Below the pieces are notes generated by a model. It ran no database searches, was not told where the DNA came from, and saw nothing but the letters and a program-made list of their open reading frames with translations. Below, in pieces: positions 12,001 to 27,045 of a stretch of DNA of 63,186 nucleotides (its first letter is position 1; the number at the start of each line of letters is the position of its first letter). Where the stretch lies: the NCBI GenBank assembly GCA_000934665.2, contig KZ538114.1:62001-125186 (forward strand). Reading direction: 5' to 3'. Source of the DNA: Catajapyx aquilonaris. Its lineage: Eukaryota. The translations under genes were made by a program, and so were the position numbers.

Positions 12001-13191
12001 TTTCTCAGAAAACTATCTGCAGTGCATGATTTGTTCAGGCACTGAACTGATCAGTGGGTGTATCATTTGAATTATGATTCAGAGTTTGCCGAACCAGGAA
12101 CATTTGCTCACAGATTAAATTATCAAGTGGGAAATAAACCAGATCTCACCTGCACAAGTTTGCGCAACCACACAGCGTTGATGCCATTTGGATTGATGGA
12201 AAGGCAGCGACGGACAATCGAGAAGGCCATCGCATCCAATCACAGGATTTATGAAATAATAAAAGAGGAGAGAAAGGGGGCAGTCCCGTTTCAGCAAAAC
12301 TGTAGTGGAAAAGAAATAAAAAAAAGAGGAGCCAAAGCTACTCCAGTTTCATTTTAAAATTCATGCCATGCTTTAATTTTCAAGTTAAATATCTAGAAAA
12401 GCAGGCAAAAAAAACCCCTGTCTACAACCATCGATACAGAAAATTAATCTATGCCATTATGACAGTGTCACTTAGCTCTTATGCTATAAGTCAAATTACT
12501 TTAACCTCATTTAATTAAGTGCTATCCAGACTGCATGAAAAGATGTCCTCAAAATTTGAATAGCTAGACATCTACATACGAGTTGCTTTTAACGTACAAT
12601 AAGCGTAATATAAATTCAATCTTTTACAACATAGCTGAAAAATATTTAAACAAAAGTTATCAAATGATCCCAACACCTTTTGTGCTTTAAAAAAATGATT
12701 TCCAAATCCAGATAATTTCTCAGTTAGGGGACCTCTGACCACAAACTATTCCAACTCTACATTTACAGGTCACAGGTCAACCTCCATGCTTGCCAACCAT
12801 CTATTTCATCATACTAATATTTCCACCACCGAAAGTTGGTCGGGCGTCCCCTCCACTGACAGTTGTCTTCGTCATCCTCATAATGAATGTTCCAAGGCCA
12901 ACAAAACCTGTCTTAAATTCCAAGCATACGAAAAAACCAGGTGGGTTGAAGGCCAATCAAACGGAAGGGGTATGTACCAGTGACGTCATCAAAAGTCACA
13001 TATGCGGCCATGTGGCACCTCTTTTGGCCTCCATCTAAAGGGTCAAAGGTCTCCGGTTTCGAGTCTGACAGGTCGGGTCATGACCTTACCTGGTCTTTAG
13101 GTGCCTTCTGCTGCTTCAGGCGTCTCACGAGGTCTCCCTGGCGCTTGACTTGCTCAGCCAAGGCGGATCTGGGCTCCCCACAATCCGCCAT
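9035..13191 (-). CDS. HARS: Histidine--tRNA ligase, cytoplasmic isoform with N-terminal WHEP domain
   Basis: Exons 13191-13090, 11564-11118, 10953-10674, 9873-9362 and 9238-9035. Motifs QGDLVRRLK (WHEP), [57 protein letters not shown]. Confidence 0.97.
12150..12230 (-). CDS. HARS: Alternative first coding exon of HARS, putative mitochondrial targeting peptide
   Basis: [27 protein letters not shown] followed by CAG|GTGAG; phase 0 fits exon 11564; basic with no acidic residues. Confidence 0.7.
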
Positions 13192-16100
13192 CTCGAGAAA
13201 TGAATGGGGCGTCTGGCAACACTGGCGGAAGGGGCCTGGCTGGGGATGCCCCTTTCAGCTGGTCACTCTGACTGTGACGTCACACGCGCCGATTTTGAAA
13301 TGGGCAAAAGCGAGCGTGATTCGAGTATACTTTTTATCATTACCAAGGTAAATCTAAAAATCCACTACAATAGTAGCATGTGTCTACACAAAAATAATGC
13401 AGTTGGTCTAAAATGGAACGAGCTTGACATCGAGAAAGGGGATTGCATGTCGAATGAAATCGTGGACGTACGTACTGTAATGCAGGCGGATCCTTTTGAT
13501 GATAAGGGCATGTATGTGTCAAGAATTTGACGTGTGCACATGTGGGGCAAAGATAGTTGTTAAAAACTGCGCTGGAGGATAAGTGACACATTGCACCCGC
13601 TACATGACTTTCGACCAATTACACGGTTGACTGAAATGTTCATGCGGGAATAGCATGTGACTTGCTCTATATTGAGCTTAGGAATCTAGGAATTTCTAGT
13701 GTGCGTATCACAGTGCGTTTCACACCTTGTAAAAGCAGCTAGAAAGCATTTTTAGGATAGAAATCTTCATGTTTTTATCCACCTTTTTTGCTGCCTACAT
13801 AAAATAAACACCATCCCGCAATTGAAAGTCAGGAAAACTGGCACAGGCTGTCATCTGCCTAGTAAAAGAAGAGGCGGATTACCTAATGAGAGAGGCTGGG
13901 GTATGTATCGCTTTCGCTCCTTTTGTCAGCTCCTGGTCACGACCTTCTGCGATCGGTTCCGCTCAAAAGAAAGGCTGAGTTTGTTCCTTTCTCTCACTTG
14001 GCTGACTATGCAATGACACTGATGACTGCACGCCCTGCTGACCCTCTCAACAATCACATTCAATAATGCTGGAAGCATTACTGTTGTGTGTATAAACCAG
14101 AACTTTCACTGTCGCCTCATAACCAAGAGGGGAATTAGCTATCTGCAACTTTGAGAGTATATCTCAAATGCATCCGACTGGATAATTAATGCCCGCACAA
14201 TATACTCACCGTTATGCATTGTTCCGTCTTCTTAACACGGGCTCCACCCTGCTACAGCTGGCCAAGTAAGACGACTTAATTCCTCTGGAAAACTGCTAAT
14301 TATGAGGGGGCTAACCTCTGGTAGCGAAAGGCATCTGTTGGCTGCGAGTGACTGGATCCAACTAGGCAAAAAGTATATAGGAGGGGGCAATTTGCTGCAG
14401 AGGTTGTGTTTTTGCTATTCTTTCTTTCTTTCAAGGTGACCTTTACATGGGTCCACTGCTTTTGCTGTGATGATTTCAGCCTATGATGTGGGGAGAATGT
14501 CCTTTTTTGCAATTTTAACCATGTGTATATTATTGGTGAAATAGTAATAACACAGTAGGCCTAATCACGAGGAGTAATTACACATAACATTTTTGGTACG
14601 GTACCATATACAGTAGCTCAACTGTTCAGACTTGAGGCCGCTAAACAGTGATTTCTCTCCAATATCCAAAAGACAATTAAAAACTATCATTTTATTGGTA
14701 AGTGATAGGAAGGAGGTTTATGGTGGGAATTTGTAATCCACATTTTCCCATATTTTTCTCGCGTTCTTGCTGATGTTGGTCACTTAATGGGTTTAAAATT
14801 TTCGAAATCGGAACATTGTGGTCGTTATTTTGCCACAGTCCATCTGGCATAGGCATACACCTCCGGACCACACCCGATGAATAACAAGTTCAGGGGAGGG
14901 AATATATAGGCGAGCTCTTTCACTTCGAGTTAACTAGTGCTAGGAATTTATTTACTTTACCTTTCAATGGGGCTAGTTATCTATCTAGTACTGGAATGGC
15001 GTTCACCCTAAAAAAGAAACTAAATATCTGGAGAAATTATTAGTAGCAATTTTATGGCTGGGACAAAAAAAAAGTTATGCTCTAAAAATATTTCAGGATA
15101 TTTTCGTGGTTTGGTGGGGGTATATTGTAGGCTAATTTTTGCATCGCCTATTTGAGTAGACGATGCTTACTTTTGGCTATACATTTACGGATCGTCTGAG
15201 AAAAAATTATACACAGTACAGTATCTGCACTTAGCGTGAAACTGAGATGATTATACAAAGATAATAAAGTGGTTTCAGCCAAATCAATCATTCCGTCTTA
15301 AAAAAAAGACGAAGTTGTTGTTGATCTAAAAATGTAAAATGCAAGGGTGTAAATAATGATTGTGAAGTACTTACCAATAATTCTGAGCTTTTTAATAGTT
15401 GTTAATTAAAATGGAAATCAGATGCCTCTCTTCATTTAACTTCTTGGGTATTTTTTTGTATGTTTAGGATATTATTCAAACACTTGCATCACCTTGTCAT
15501 GTATAAGTTTCTCTGCACAACTCATAAGTCGATGATATTTTGCATTTGGGACTCAGATGCTCCACATTTGTGACTTATTGTGGCTTATCTTACTTTTTCT
15601 TGCATCATAATAAACGGGCCCTTTTATATGGTTATATTTTCTAGTGATGTCACAATGTGTGTCCAACCAGGATTTTGTTCATAATAATAACGCTATTCTT
15701 TTTCGAGACAGTGGAAATAAATTGAAAGTGATATCAAAATTCACTAAAAAACAACTTTAAAAATATAGCAGGTTAGAAAATGCATTAGCTGCAATGTGTA
15801 ATATTATTTATATCAGATGGTGACAAACAATTCGAGCGACAATCCGGATCTCAACAGCCAGGTCAGTATGCCATCAATTTCCACACATTACAGAACCTCC
15901 TAATTATTTTATATAGCCCCATAAACTGAAAATAACAGCAATTTTTTGTATGTAATTATTTCAAACTCTCGATTCGGATTTTGGTGAGGAAATTAAGGCA
16001 AATCCGAAACGGCACTCGCGCAGCATCGACACCCCCTACATTTTCAGGGGCAATAACATTCCTGCCAGTGAATGAGTGAGCATATAAACCAGGTTGCAAC

Positions 16101-18382
16101 AATCATTGGGGCGTGGGATGGATGGGCAAGCCCCGATGGAATTTTTACCATCGGCACAAGACATACTATAGCTGACCTGGTCAAAATTTTAACACTGGAA
16201 GGCGGAGCCCACCACAACATAATGTGTCGCACTTTCCTACAGAAAAGCACACATCTTCAGCTTTCATCTTTTTTAACAAAAAACAAAAAACAAAAAACAA
16301 GCACGGATTTTAATTATTATTCATCTCTTTTTCTACGGTACGACCAAGACATACTCATCGTGCGTGTTTACTCGTAGACTTTCTTCGCAGGATTTTTGGA
16401 TTCATCGTCACTTCTGGTACGATGTACAATTGTTGGTTTCAAAAAATAGAGAGCGATTCAGGAAGAGCCAAAATCCGTTTTCTTGGGGGTTTCCCTTGCA
16501 AAAATATGGTAGGGAGTTTAAAAAATAATAATAAAAAGGAGGAGTGACCCTTGATCACGCCCTTGCACAGTTAACTCATGACACAACTTTCGCTCTTTAA
16601 GACTCGTAAAGCGGATGCTGAACTCCAGAATATACTTGGTTACGCACCTGCACATAAACCAATGTATCTGACTTTCACATATTTAAAAAATTTAACCAAA
16701 ATTTTCTTGCGTTAGAAAATATTTGGATCGACATGAAAGCCACATGCATCGTGATCGAGGTGGCATAGTAAATTGGGGATGAACGAAAACGAAAAAAAAA
16801 CCCGAAGTTAGGAAACCATGATACCGGAAAGGAAAGAAAGTATCGAAGTGGGTCTCAAAACCTGTCATTTGCAAAAAGGAACTCCAGTTGTCACTTTAAC
16901 GATAATTAAAGAAATGGGGTCTAAATCAGAAGAGACAGTCAAAATATTACAGTCCTTTCACTTCCCTTCACCTCCTGCCAAATGCAAAAAAAAGGGTGTT
17001 TTGCACAAAAAAATGCCCCCCTGTCAGTCAAAAAAAGAGAGATGTCTACATCGTGTAGCACACACATATTTCTGCTGTCATTCTGCTTGTCTCCAGGTTT
17101 ATGCACGTAGAATTTGGGCCAAAATTCCTTCCCAAGAGTGGGTCGTGCCGGATAATAAATAATAAACAACCGAGGAAGCAACGCATATATTTTCTGAATT
17201 TTTAAATGCAAGAATCCTGCACATTATGGATATCTTAATTTTTGATTCATTTAAATACATTACTTACATATTGTTAAGAAACAAGAAACAAACTTATGCG
17301 GCAATGTAAAAGTGAAAGACCAGTTATTGTCAACTAGCAGTAGCATAGAATTCCACTGGTGCAGTATAGTTTTGCGCATAAGTGAAGCGGATAAAACGCA
17401 TGTGTGCGTGCATGTATGAGTATGTAGAGGGAGGGGAACACTGGGCTCATCTTTCTCTGACCAAAATCCACTGACCCAGTTGCAACATATCGTTCATTTT
17501 TTTTAAAGGGCCATCTCAATATCATTTTCCGCTTACCCTCTTGTAATAACGTTTTCGAATTTATCCGCTAGTTTTTATGACATACCACTGAAATCCAACT
17601 GCATAATTTTTTCAAGCGGGTTTTTAAAAAAGCAGCACGTTTTATATTACAATTTTTGTCCCAATCTTGCCGAGTATCATATTGCTTACAGTTTGGTTGT
17701 CCGGAGTGGGTTGCATTCAGGTAAGCCCAATGCACGAATAATTTAAAGTTGTAGCATTTATTTTTGTAGCATTTCTTATTAATTTGCAGGCTGCTAATAA
17801 AATTACACATTATGATATTAATTTAAATTTACTCACAATATCACTTTACAAGCAATTTTTGCAGTGTTAACAATACCGGAACTGTCCCTGGCTCCTCTGC
17901 ATATTTTTTTTTCACCGAGTACATAAATATTATTTTAAGCAACAATAATAGCATGTTGGATGAGCAAGAAGAAGGGTAGGTGTGATGTGTGCCATGAATA
18001 GGAAGTGTTTAGCGAGAAATGTGTATCTCGCGGCTTCGCGAAGTTTTAGGAATGGCAAGGGTGCATTTCGGGGTCAGACGCTCGCTCGTTTCAAGCTTTC
18101 AGCTCCGATTCGTTGCTGGTTACTTACAGGAAAATACTCCCCCCCTTACAATATACCGGAGGAGAAGCATTTTTGGCCAATGACAGACCACCGCCATCCA
18201 TAAAAGCCTCTGCCGACTCTTTGGCACAAAGTATTTTCTGGTTGGAGGTGATCCGGGTCTGGTACTTTGGGACTATAGTTCTGTGGGTTTTTTGTGAACT
18301 TTTTTTTTTTAAATACTTCATCGGTAAGTCCATATGTGCCTCGATTGTTGCGGTTTGTGACAGTGAGCCCATCAGTAGCAGC

Positions 18383-21300
18383 ATGTATTCTGTGAATTAT
18401 GTCGTCGTTTTGCTGCTCGTTGCCAGGATTTCCTCCTCAATCTCACAAGGTACGGCGAGGTGCAGTTTGTCGCAAAACCAGACAGCAAACATGCTTCGAA
18501 TTGTACAAATTTCATACTGAAGCTGGGAATAGAGATGTCATAATATAAACTATTTGTTGCAGTTGACATTGAGACCATTTACAAGGCCACAAAATTTTCA
18601 ACCAATTTTTGCACTAATTGTCAAAATAAAAATGTTTCTGCCAGATATATCAGCTAAATTTCTCCATAGTTGATTGGTAGACTAATATTTGAGATATCAA
18701 CCAAACAGGGTACAGTTTACGCCACGTGGTATACCAGAAAGCATTTTTGCTGTCACCAATATTTATGTGACAATGTGACAAACACGTTTGGCCCTGGCAG
18801 TGTGGGGAAGGAAAATGGGACACTCTTTGTCTGGAATAGTGGAAGATGGGCAGAAAAGAAGTCGAGGGTATTATGAAGACACGACGGCGCCAGACTATAC
18901 CACATTCTTCCCCGACGAAGTTCGCGTTGACGACGGTGACACGGATTACATCAACAATAGTCCTCCTCAAAACAACGAAGTCCTGGAGCCTGTACCTCCA
19001 ACAGGTTAGTTAACCTAGTGCTATTTAATTAGCGGAGGTATAACTACATGCCAAGATCAACTGTACAAATGGTTACCGATTTTCTGAAAATACTCTTTTG
19101 AAAATGGTGTTTCTTTAGTAAAGAGACGTTATTTCTGGCTCTTTGGTCATTTGGTTCCTATGCAGCCCCTCCAGCCGTGTCATCAAGTCACCATTGCGGA
19201 TCTTGAAACGTTCTAAAAATTTCCGCGTGGTAAATTCCATCCAACCACACCCTCATCTCTGGTTTTTTGGTAAACATGCCAGCTGTCAAAAAAAAAGCAT
19301 CATAATGCACGTTACTTAGACGCTCCAGAGGACTTGCCATTAGAGTGATATTGAATCATGAACACCCACCACTACACGGAAACCCATAATTTGTCGCCAG
19401 CAACAAATGTTGAATGGAAAATTACTGGCATGAAAAACGAAAATACTAAAATTCATTAATTCAATGAAAGTACGAGGTCTTGTTTATTTCCTTACAACTG
19501 AATAACCACATTCAAGGAGTACTGCTACTAAGTACAATAAAGGAAAATCGTTATGCACTGTTTGCCCCAGCAACAATCAGGGCCATGTTACATTTTTTTG
19601 CGATCGTTGTTTCATTTAAAATTTCGGCTTAAGTAACCGATTCGTAACACCTTTACTCACCCACATTTTGAATGGGAATTCGGACAGTGCTTTACCCCTG
19701 CATAAGTAGTTCAATTGTGAAGCAGAAGCGCGTGAGAAGTATACCTGCCATTACGGTGCCATCAGTAATTTTTTCATGTAATTCCAAAAGGTAACTTGCG
19801 GTTTATGCAAAAAAAAAAAAACACACATACGGGATGACGTCTGGATTTTTTCATTCAGGGATTTCATGTAAAGTGTCAGAGATATTACTGAACTCCAAAT
19901 CAAAAGGGTCATTAACATTTTTTTTAACATTGAAAAAATATCAAAATTAATTACAAAATCATTACCATAAAGCGTGAAATGTTAAATGGGCACATACGTG
20001 GAACATTCACAGACATGCCCCATGTATCCACTAACTCTACCATTAAGTGGATTCGTAAACTATCGCAATAAAATGCTTCACTCTAGTTGGGTGAATACTC
20101 TAGCGTAGGACAATAGGTGTTTAACAATTTTATTACAATAGCATACTACACGCTAGTTCAAGAAGAGATGAGAAAAAGTTGTGAATCGTTTAAATTGCAT
20201 TAACTTTTTCTTCGACAATGTACCACCCTACGTGCAATGACCTGACTTGACACCTACCACCGAAACATCCCTGGCAAAAATTCCCAGTTTCGCCATACCG
20301 TTGAAACAACCGATCTTCGCTTATCATCCCCCCCCAATCTAAATTCCTCCTCCACAAAAAAAAAAAAACTTCTTCATAACTGCCAAAACACAACAGTTAC
20401 ATAAAGCAATTGACCCGACGCCCCCTACTCGGTCATCTCCCCCAACCGACGAAGAAGCTCGCATGGTCGACGATCGATGACATGGAAAGTTTGTAAGTTT
20501 GGAAAGTGGCATAAAAATAATGGCAGCATCAAGCAGCCAGAACGACGGCCCTTCTTTTCTTCGTTCACGGTTGAGCATCAACCCAAAAAAGGAGGGGCTA
20601 TCCTGAAGCATAGTGTCCGCTCCACTTATCCTGACACTACTTGGCCGCTGGCTCATCACATCGTATAGTATGTACAGAAGACATCACCAAAGGAAAAGCT
20701 TAGGTGTCTGAAGGGGACACTTGATAGAAGCACGAGTGGCCGCCATTGCATCACGCAAACGGCACCACCCAGTTGGAACCAGGTCGACATCTTGACACGA
20801 TTCTTGGGAGACTGTGCTTTTATCTCCAAAAAAGATGCTAACAAATACGGGAGTTTATTTTGCCGTACATCTACGGTACAGGGTTTATCGGGCATTGATG
20901 TGCTTTTAGGATAACACTTTGCAATAACTTCGCTGGAATGCTGTACAGTATTGTGCACGGCCTCTAACCACAGCACTGAACTTGAAACCAGTTTTTTCGA
21001 CAATGTTTCTGGTCTGCCAATTTCAAGAATTTCAGATATCTGATCCAGACGCAATGTTCGTTTCAGAAGGAGGTTTCGGCCTTAAATTAGGGGTGTCCTC
21101 GACGTATCCTCCGCCGACTACGACATTGGCACCTGCAGCAACAAGCAGAGGTCCTCTGCTTCTGTCACCCATTGGCTTCATGCACTTTCAACCTTCGCCT
21201 ATGCCAGCTCTAGTCCGAGTGGTGCCCTCCTACAGGCCCAACTCATACGCTGGTAGCCCACAAACCACTCGGACCATCAGCGACAACTCCCCGATGGCAA

Positions 21301-23959
21301 GGGCTGCACGTGTCCTCAAGGTTTGGTTTCTATTACTTATTTCTGAACTTCTTTTGACAACAATGTCTTTCAGGTGGCTGAAGACTCATCCAGGAGCATA
21401 TTCCTGGCGAGTCATCCGGACGACAACAACCAAGTCGCGTCTAACAAGCAGGAAACACGAACTGAAGACGACAATGAGGTGCAGGAAAGCGACGATGTTG
21501 GCGACGATGCGGAGGAAGACGACGAAGATGACGAAGAGGAATCGTTGGACGACAACTACAAGGTGGAAGCACGGCCTCAAACCACAGCCGGAGTGATCCT
21601 GGCTCATCCTCCGGTCCTGGCGATGCAGCAGCACAACCGTGGTCCACCACACGGCTATGGGTATTCAGTCATGATCGGACCATCTCCGATGGCCTTGCGA
21701 GCCAGAGGTGGAGCAACACCAGCCAGTGTGTCCACCGACAATGTTCCAAAGCCCAGCCAGGGTAAGCAGAAGGCACAGAGCTACCATTACCAGTCGGGTC
21801 AAATAGGAACGCCGAAGAAGAGGCGTCAGGAGCCACACAACGGCATCGTGGCGTCCAGAGGTCCATCTCAGTTGCCTATGCAGCTCCCAGTGCATTTGGT
21901 GCCCATCTCGGCAGTCTTCTCCGTGTCACCCACAGGGCAACAGAGTCATCAGGGGCAGTCGTTCAACCAGGTGATGATACCTGTTTCGGTCCAGCCGTCG
22001 CAGCATCGCCAACACAATAGTGTCAGAAATCCTCAACCGGCAGCTACTTCGGCAGTAGGGGCACCAAGTTCTGGGCAAGGGCAAGTGTTGCAGGCGCAGT
22101 TGGCCCAGCAGTTGGCTCCACAGCAGCCCCTGGTGTACTCACAGCAGCCTCTGGTGTACCCACAGAGACCTATACCAAGACCACATCATGCTGCACGACA
22201 AAATGTACTGTCAATCAATCCGTACACTAGGTACCGCTCTGCTATGGCCCCGAGGCCTCAACGGCCTATGATGGCCCATGCTGGCGGTCATGCATCAATA
22301 GGTGCTGGTGCAGAGCATCTGTACTTACCTCAACACCACCCCATTCCAGCTGCTTCATCCCAGTCTTCAACGTCCTTGTTCAATCCACTCCGTTCCTTGT
22401 TCTCCTTCCTTGGATTTAGGCCGAGGAACAACTATTACCCACAGCAATTGCATAGCCTCAGCGTTGCTGGGTCGCAAAATGCAGCAGCAATAGCACCATC
22501 TCCAGTATCACCGCAAAATATGATGGTTCCTTATTCAATGAACCCTGCACAACAGCACATGCAGCTTCCACCGTTCAATCCAATGGTATCCACTGCCAAG
22601 AACGGTGCCATCACACAGGCTCAACTGCAGCAGTTGCAGCAGTCCATGATGGTATCGCAACGGACTCGACCCTTGAATTCACCATTCACGATTGCTGAAA
22701 TCAAGGGTGCACCACCAGCTCCAATTGCTAGTCACCGCCTGCGACACCCGTCTGCCATGCTCAACCTCATCACAACAGATGACTGGAAGCCCATCTTCCC
22801 AACGCATAAAGTGGTCACTCCACCTGCATGGGCCTTCACCCCAGTAACAAGTCCAGCTCCAACACCTGCACCACCTTCCATTCCTGACTCTGCTCCAGAA
22901 TCATCTGACTACAGGCCAATGACAATGCAGTGGGTACTGCCACCTCCACACTTGGTGGTAGCCAAGTCAAGCAACGGAAGTTACAATATGGATCCAGCGT
23001 TGGCTTCAACTACTACTACCAAGACCAACGCCAAGGTTCAGTGGTCAAGGCAACATTACCCACCCAATGAAGTGTCGACACCATCCACCACATCGTTTTC
23101 CTCTCCCAAGCCCATCCCGCCTCCCCGGACAAGGAATCCAAGTGAACAGCCACGTATGAACAACCAGATCGGGGTATCCCCTGACCTGGTGGTAGGTACC
23201 CCAGGCTCCACATTCTTGAGAATTCCTGAAACTTCATCTGAAATGCCACCTGGATTTCTGGAGGAGTCCCTACCGAGTCCACCATCTTATCAAGAACCAA
23301 CATCCACTGCTTTTCCAGAGCTATCCAAACTCAATCCAGTTGAGACATCTACCAACAAGCAGCAATCATTCAGGCCATCTCCACAGCTGTTTTCAGAAGG
23401 GACTGAATACCCAACTCTGGCAACCACAACTACTGCCTCTACCACCAGTACAAACAACCCAAGCAATGTCCAACCGAAGCGTTACTCTGGCCCTCTTCGA
23501 TCCTACTTCCAGAGAACACCTGACATAACCCAGCAGGCACAGCAAGAAGGTAACAATGTTCAGGAAACATCTACTGAGGCATTCCAGAACTTCTTGGACA
23601 GGAACGTCCCTGAACCGGTCAACATCCCAGAGCAGTCAGCTCCAAGTCCAAGCTCGCAACCGGAGCCAGAGCAGAGCACAGAGACAACAGAACCCCTTCC
23701 AACACCTCAAGCCCTCAAGTCATCACCAAGGCTTCCCTCAGTCTACACACTTCCAGACACAAGTCCTGCTATGGCAAGAGGAAACCCAGATGTCACTCTC
23801 AGAGGAGCCAAAGCAGTTGGAGAGTCCCTAGACCTAGAGCCTGCCTTCCGAGTTGAAGACCTGTGGAAATTCACACCTGATGCACCCAAGCTTCAAGCAC
23901 CAGTATTCGTTCCGTCCCCATCTCCCACCATCAGGCGATTCTTAAAGGTTGGCACGTAA
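18383..23959 (+). CDS. Orphan secreted low-complexity Pro/Gln/Ser/Thr-rich protein (~1023 aa)
   Basis: Exons 18383-18449 (signal-peptide-like MYSVNYVVVLLLVARISSSISQ), 18840-19004, 21067-21320 and 21374-23959 are phase-consistent; AATAAA near 24235; no recognisable domain. Confidence 0.75.
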
Positions 23960-26900
23960 CGAATTAACATGTGAACTGTGGCTGTTTGTTGTTGTTATAA
24001 GTGGACTCGAAACAAGTCTCAGGTGTTCGATGAAGCATACAAAAGATGTGTCTTCTTCCAGTTCAAAAAGACAAGACAGACATTTGGAAGATAAGACTCA
24101 GACCAAAGGTTGTTGTTAATGTTAAAATGCTATCGTCCTTCCAACTGTTTTATTTCTTATGCAGAAATCAAAAATAAGGATTTCAAGTGGGAAGGAGTTA
24201 CATTTTTAGCTCCATGTATCCTTATTTGATATTTAATAAAACTCTTTTGAGACAAAGCACAAAACTTGCTTCAGATTCGAGTTACAACTGCTGCCTTTTT
24301 CAAGTGCTGATTAATTATGTACAATGCAAGTAAAATATGTAAATGTGGCAGAGTTGAGAAAAAAAACCTATTAATTTCTGTGCACAACTGAAAAATTCTA
24401 TGGCATTTGTAAAGTCTACGTCTCGACATAGTTGATATTCACAGCATGACAATAAGTTGTAATAAAAATAATTATAACAATAAAAAATCCAGAGGGTGAC
24501 AACAACACTGGGATTATACACGAGATGCCTTTTCCAAGCCGCACACATCTACGTAAAAGTCAACAAAAACAAAAAACGAGATTCAAAGATTGACTTGATA
24601 ACATTACCGTGGCTCCTTGGCAGGTATGCCCTCATCTTACTTAACTACATGTTTAGCTATGTCTAGTGTCAGATATCTATGTCCCACCACCGGAAGAAAG
24701 GCACACATGTTCCCCCTTCCCAACTCTCTCAGGTCTCTGCCATGGAACCAATGCTAATACTGTGACTCTGATTTTTCTCTATTATTTTTTTCTCCATACA
24801 ATACATCGCATAGTTTGAGATGCACCATTTTTAAGTTCAGATATCTTTTTTCATATGAATACTAACTACAAAGAATGTGGCCAGTCAAGAATAGCCTACA
24901 CATTGAAGAGTCGGTTGATTGAATTGACATGTGCTCCTGTCCGTTTAATATTTTTAAAAACTTGGATGAGAAAAATTTGTTGCAAATCAAAACTCTATGA
25001 TCACGCAGTAAAAGAAAACATTAAGAACTATGACAAAACATGTCTTGATGCAATGCTAGAAAAATATAAATAAAATCATATTGGAATGACATAAGGAAAA
25101 AACTATCTGAAAATAATGAAAGCACTAAGAAAAATAATGCAAGATTCAGATCTAAACCAATAACTTAGGCAACCAGGAAGTGTAAAGTTACTTACACAAT
25201 AGTGTAGGCAATTTCTGGTGTTACATATTGTAGGTAACTTGTGTCTAATATGAAAAAATTGTCGGTAAAAACTTGATGATAGGTAGGTAATACTGGCCAG
25301 GAGATTATCATGGTGTTAATGCAAGGTCTCAGGGAATCTCAAATCATGCATGAAGCTCGCTATACCTGATCTACAGGAATTACTTGATTGACCACAGCAA
25401 CTTTTCTCTAGCAAATTTGTTTCCAGCTTAATGGAAATCCATTCACTTCCTTATGATACTGACTTGCTCTCTGAACTGAAGCAAAAAACTGCTGAACAGC
25501 AAGTCTCAAATTAACTCATCACATTCACCTCATCATTTGTGATATTATTGATCAAGTGATATTTCCAACTTGTTCCAGACACTTCTCATGTCTTACAAAT
25601 CAATGTCATTAAGTGTTAATATTGTGAGAGTCAAGAACAAAAAGGAATACCTGTAAAGTGAGATTAGTATGTTACATTATAATCACTGATCACCATTAAC
25701 TCATAAAACCTTGCTAGTATTTTACTGAGTCAGCTTCGCAGATAGAGTACCCAATTATCGCTAATAATCAAAATCATTGAATTTTAATCTTCCAGTTTAT
25801 GATCCAATAAAAGCTACCTCTCACGCTTTGCATTAAAAATAATTACAAATTAAACCTGAAGGGGCTGTGGGCAAAAAAGGATGACAGCAAGTATTTTTGA
25901 ATATGACTACTGCATGCTCTTTGATAATAGTGATCACTTTCCTTAAGCTGCAGCTTGATAAAGTCATATTTCTGTCATCCAATGAGCATAATTTTCTATA
26001 ACTGATTACGAAAAAAGAGCATCACTTGTTAGTGCAGAAAGGTGCATTTAGAAACCTCAACTTCCCTTAGATAATGTCATGGAAGGTTACTAAAACATAC
26101 ATCAAGTCTTTACGTGATCATTCACACAGCCACCCACATGGTGTACTTTTAAACATTATGTTTTCTTTCATACACTGTTACTTCCCACTTTAGTTATTCA
26201 AATACTGACACTTCTCCATTGCATACCAATCTCTCTGATTGTTGAAGTAGCCCCTCTTGATCACCGGGTTAAAAATTTTCTTCAAGTGCGAACATAAAAA
26301 ATATAGTACATAAAAACTAGGCGGCAAAAACTTATTTGTCATTACGTTGTGCACCACACAAAAAAAATCAGAATTAGAGGTGCATTTGCTTCCCCCAATC
26401 AGTAAACTTACTCATTATGAAGAGGCATGTTATCATGTTGCAAAACAACCATAAATATCACCTCAACCAATGTCTTCAAAGCAAGCAAGCCCAATTTGAA
26501 CTTAAAATCACCAGGTTGTGATTACTGTCACTATTGACAGTACACAATGGCCCATTCTAGCACTAACCCTAATGAAAACACAAGTATGCCCCAATATAAA
26601 TAATGAGCTAACCTGGGCATTCTTGTTAAGGTGGAAGTGAGAATGTTATAAATACCAATCACCATTTCTTTCAACCATAATATATGGTACGCATAATGAA
26701 TCCAGTCTCAGCAAAACTTGTAATCACCAATAGGAGCCAACAATAAAGATGGTGAAACCATGTTTGTCTCATAACATCCAAGTCTGCAACTACACTTCAG
26801 TACATCATACTGCCAATGGGGAAACTAATGTTTCTGTTTAATTTTCACCTCCCTTGAGTTTCAAAAACTTTTGTGTATCAATTCTGATTTAATAACAGGT

Positions 26901-27045
26901 GCTTCATATGTATTTTTCTGCATTGCTAATGTAGTACACCTTGCACAATGATCCTTCCTGCACTAAGCAAACGTGATCAGGGAATCTTAAAAATGGGTGG
27001 GAGTGGGTAAAAGGGCCAAAACGAGTGAGTGCAACATGATAAAAT

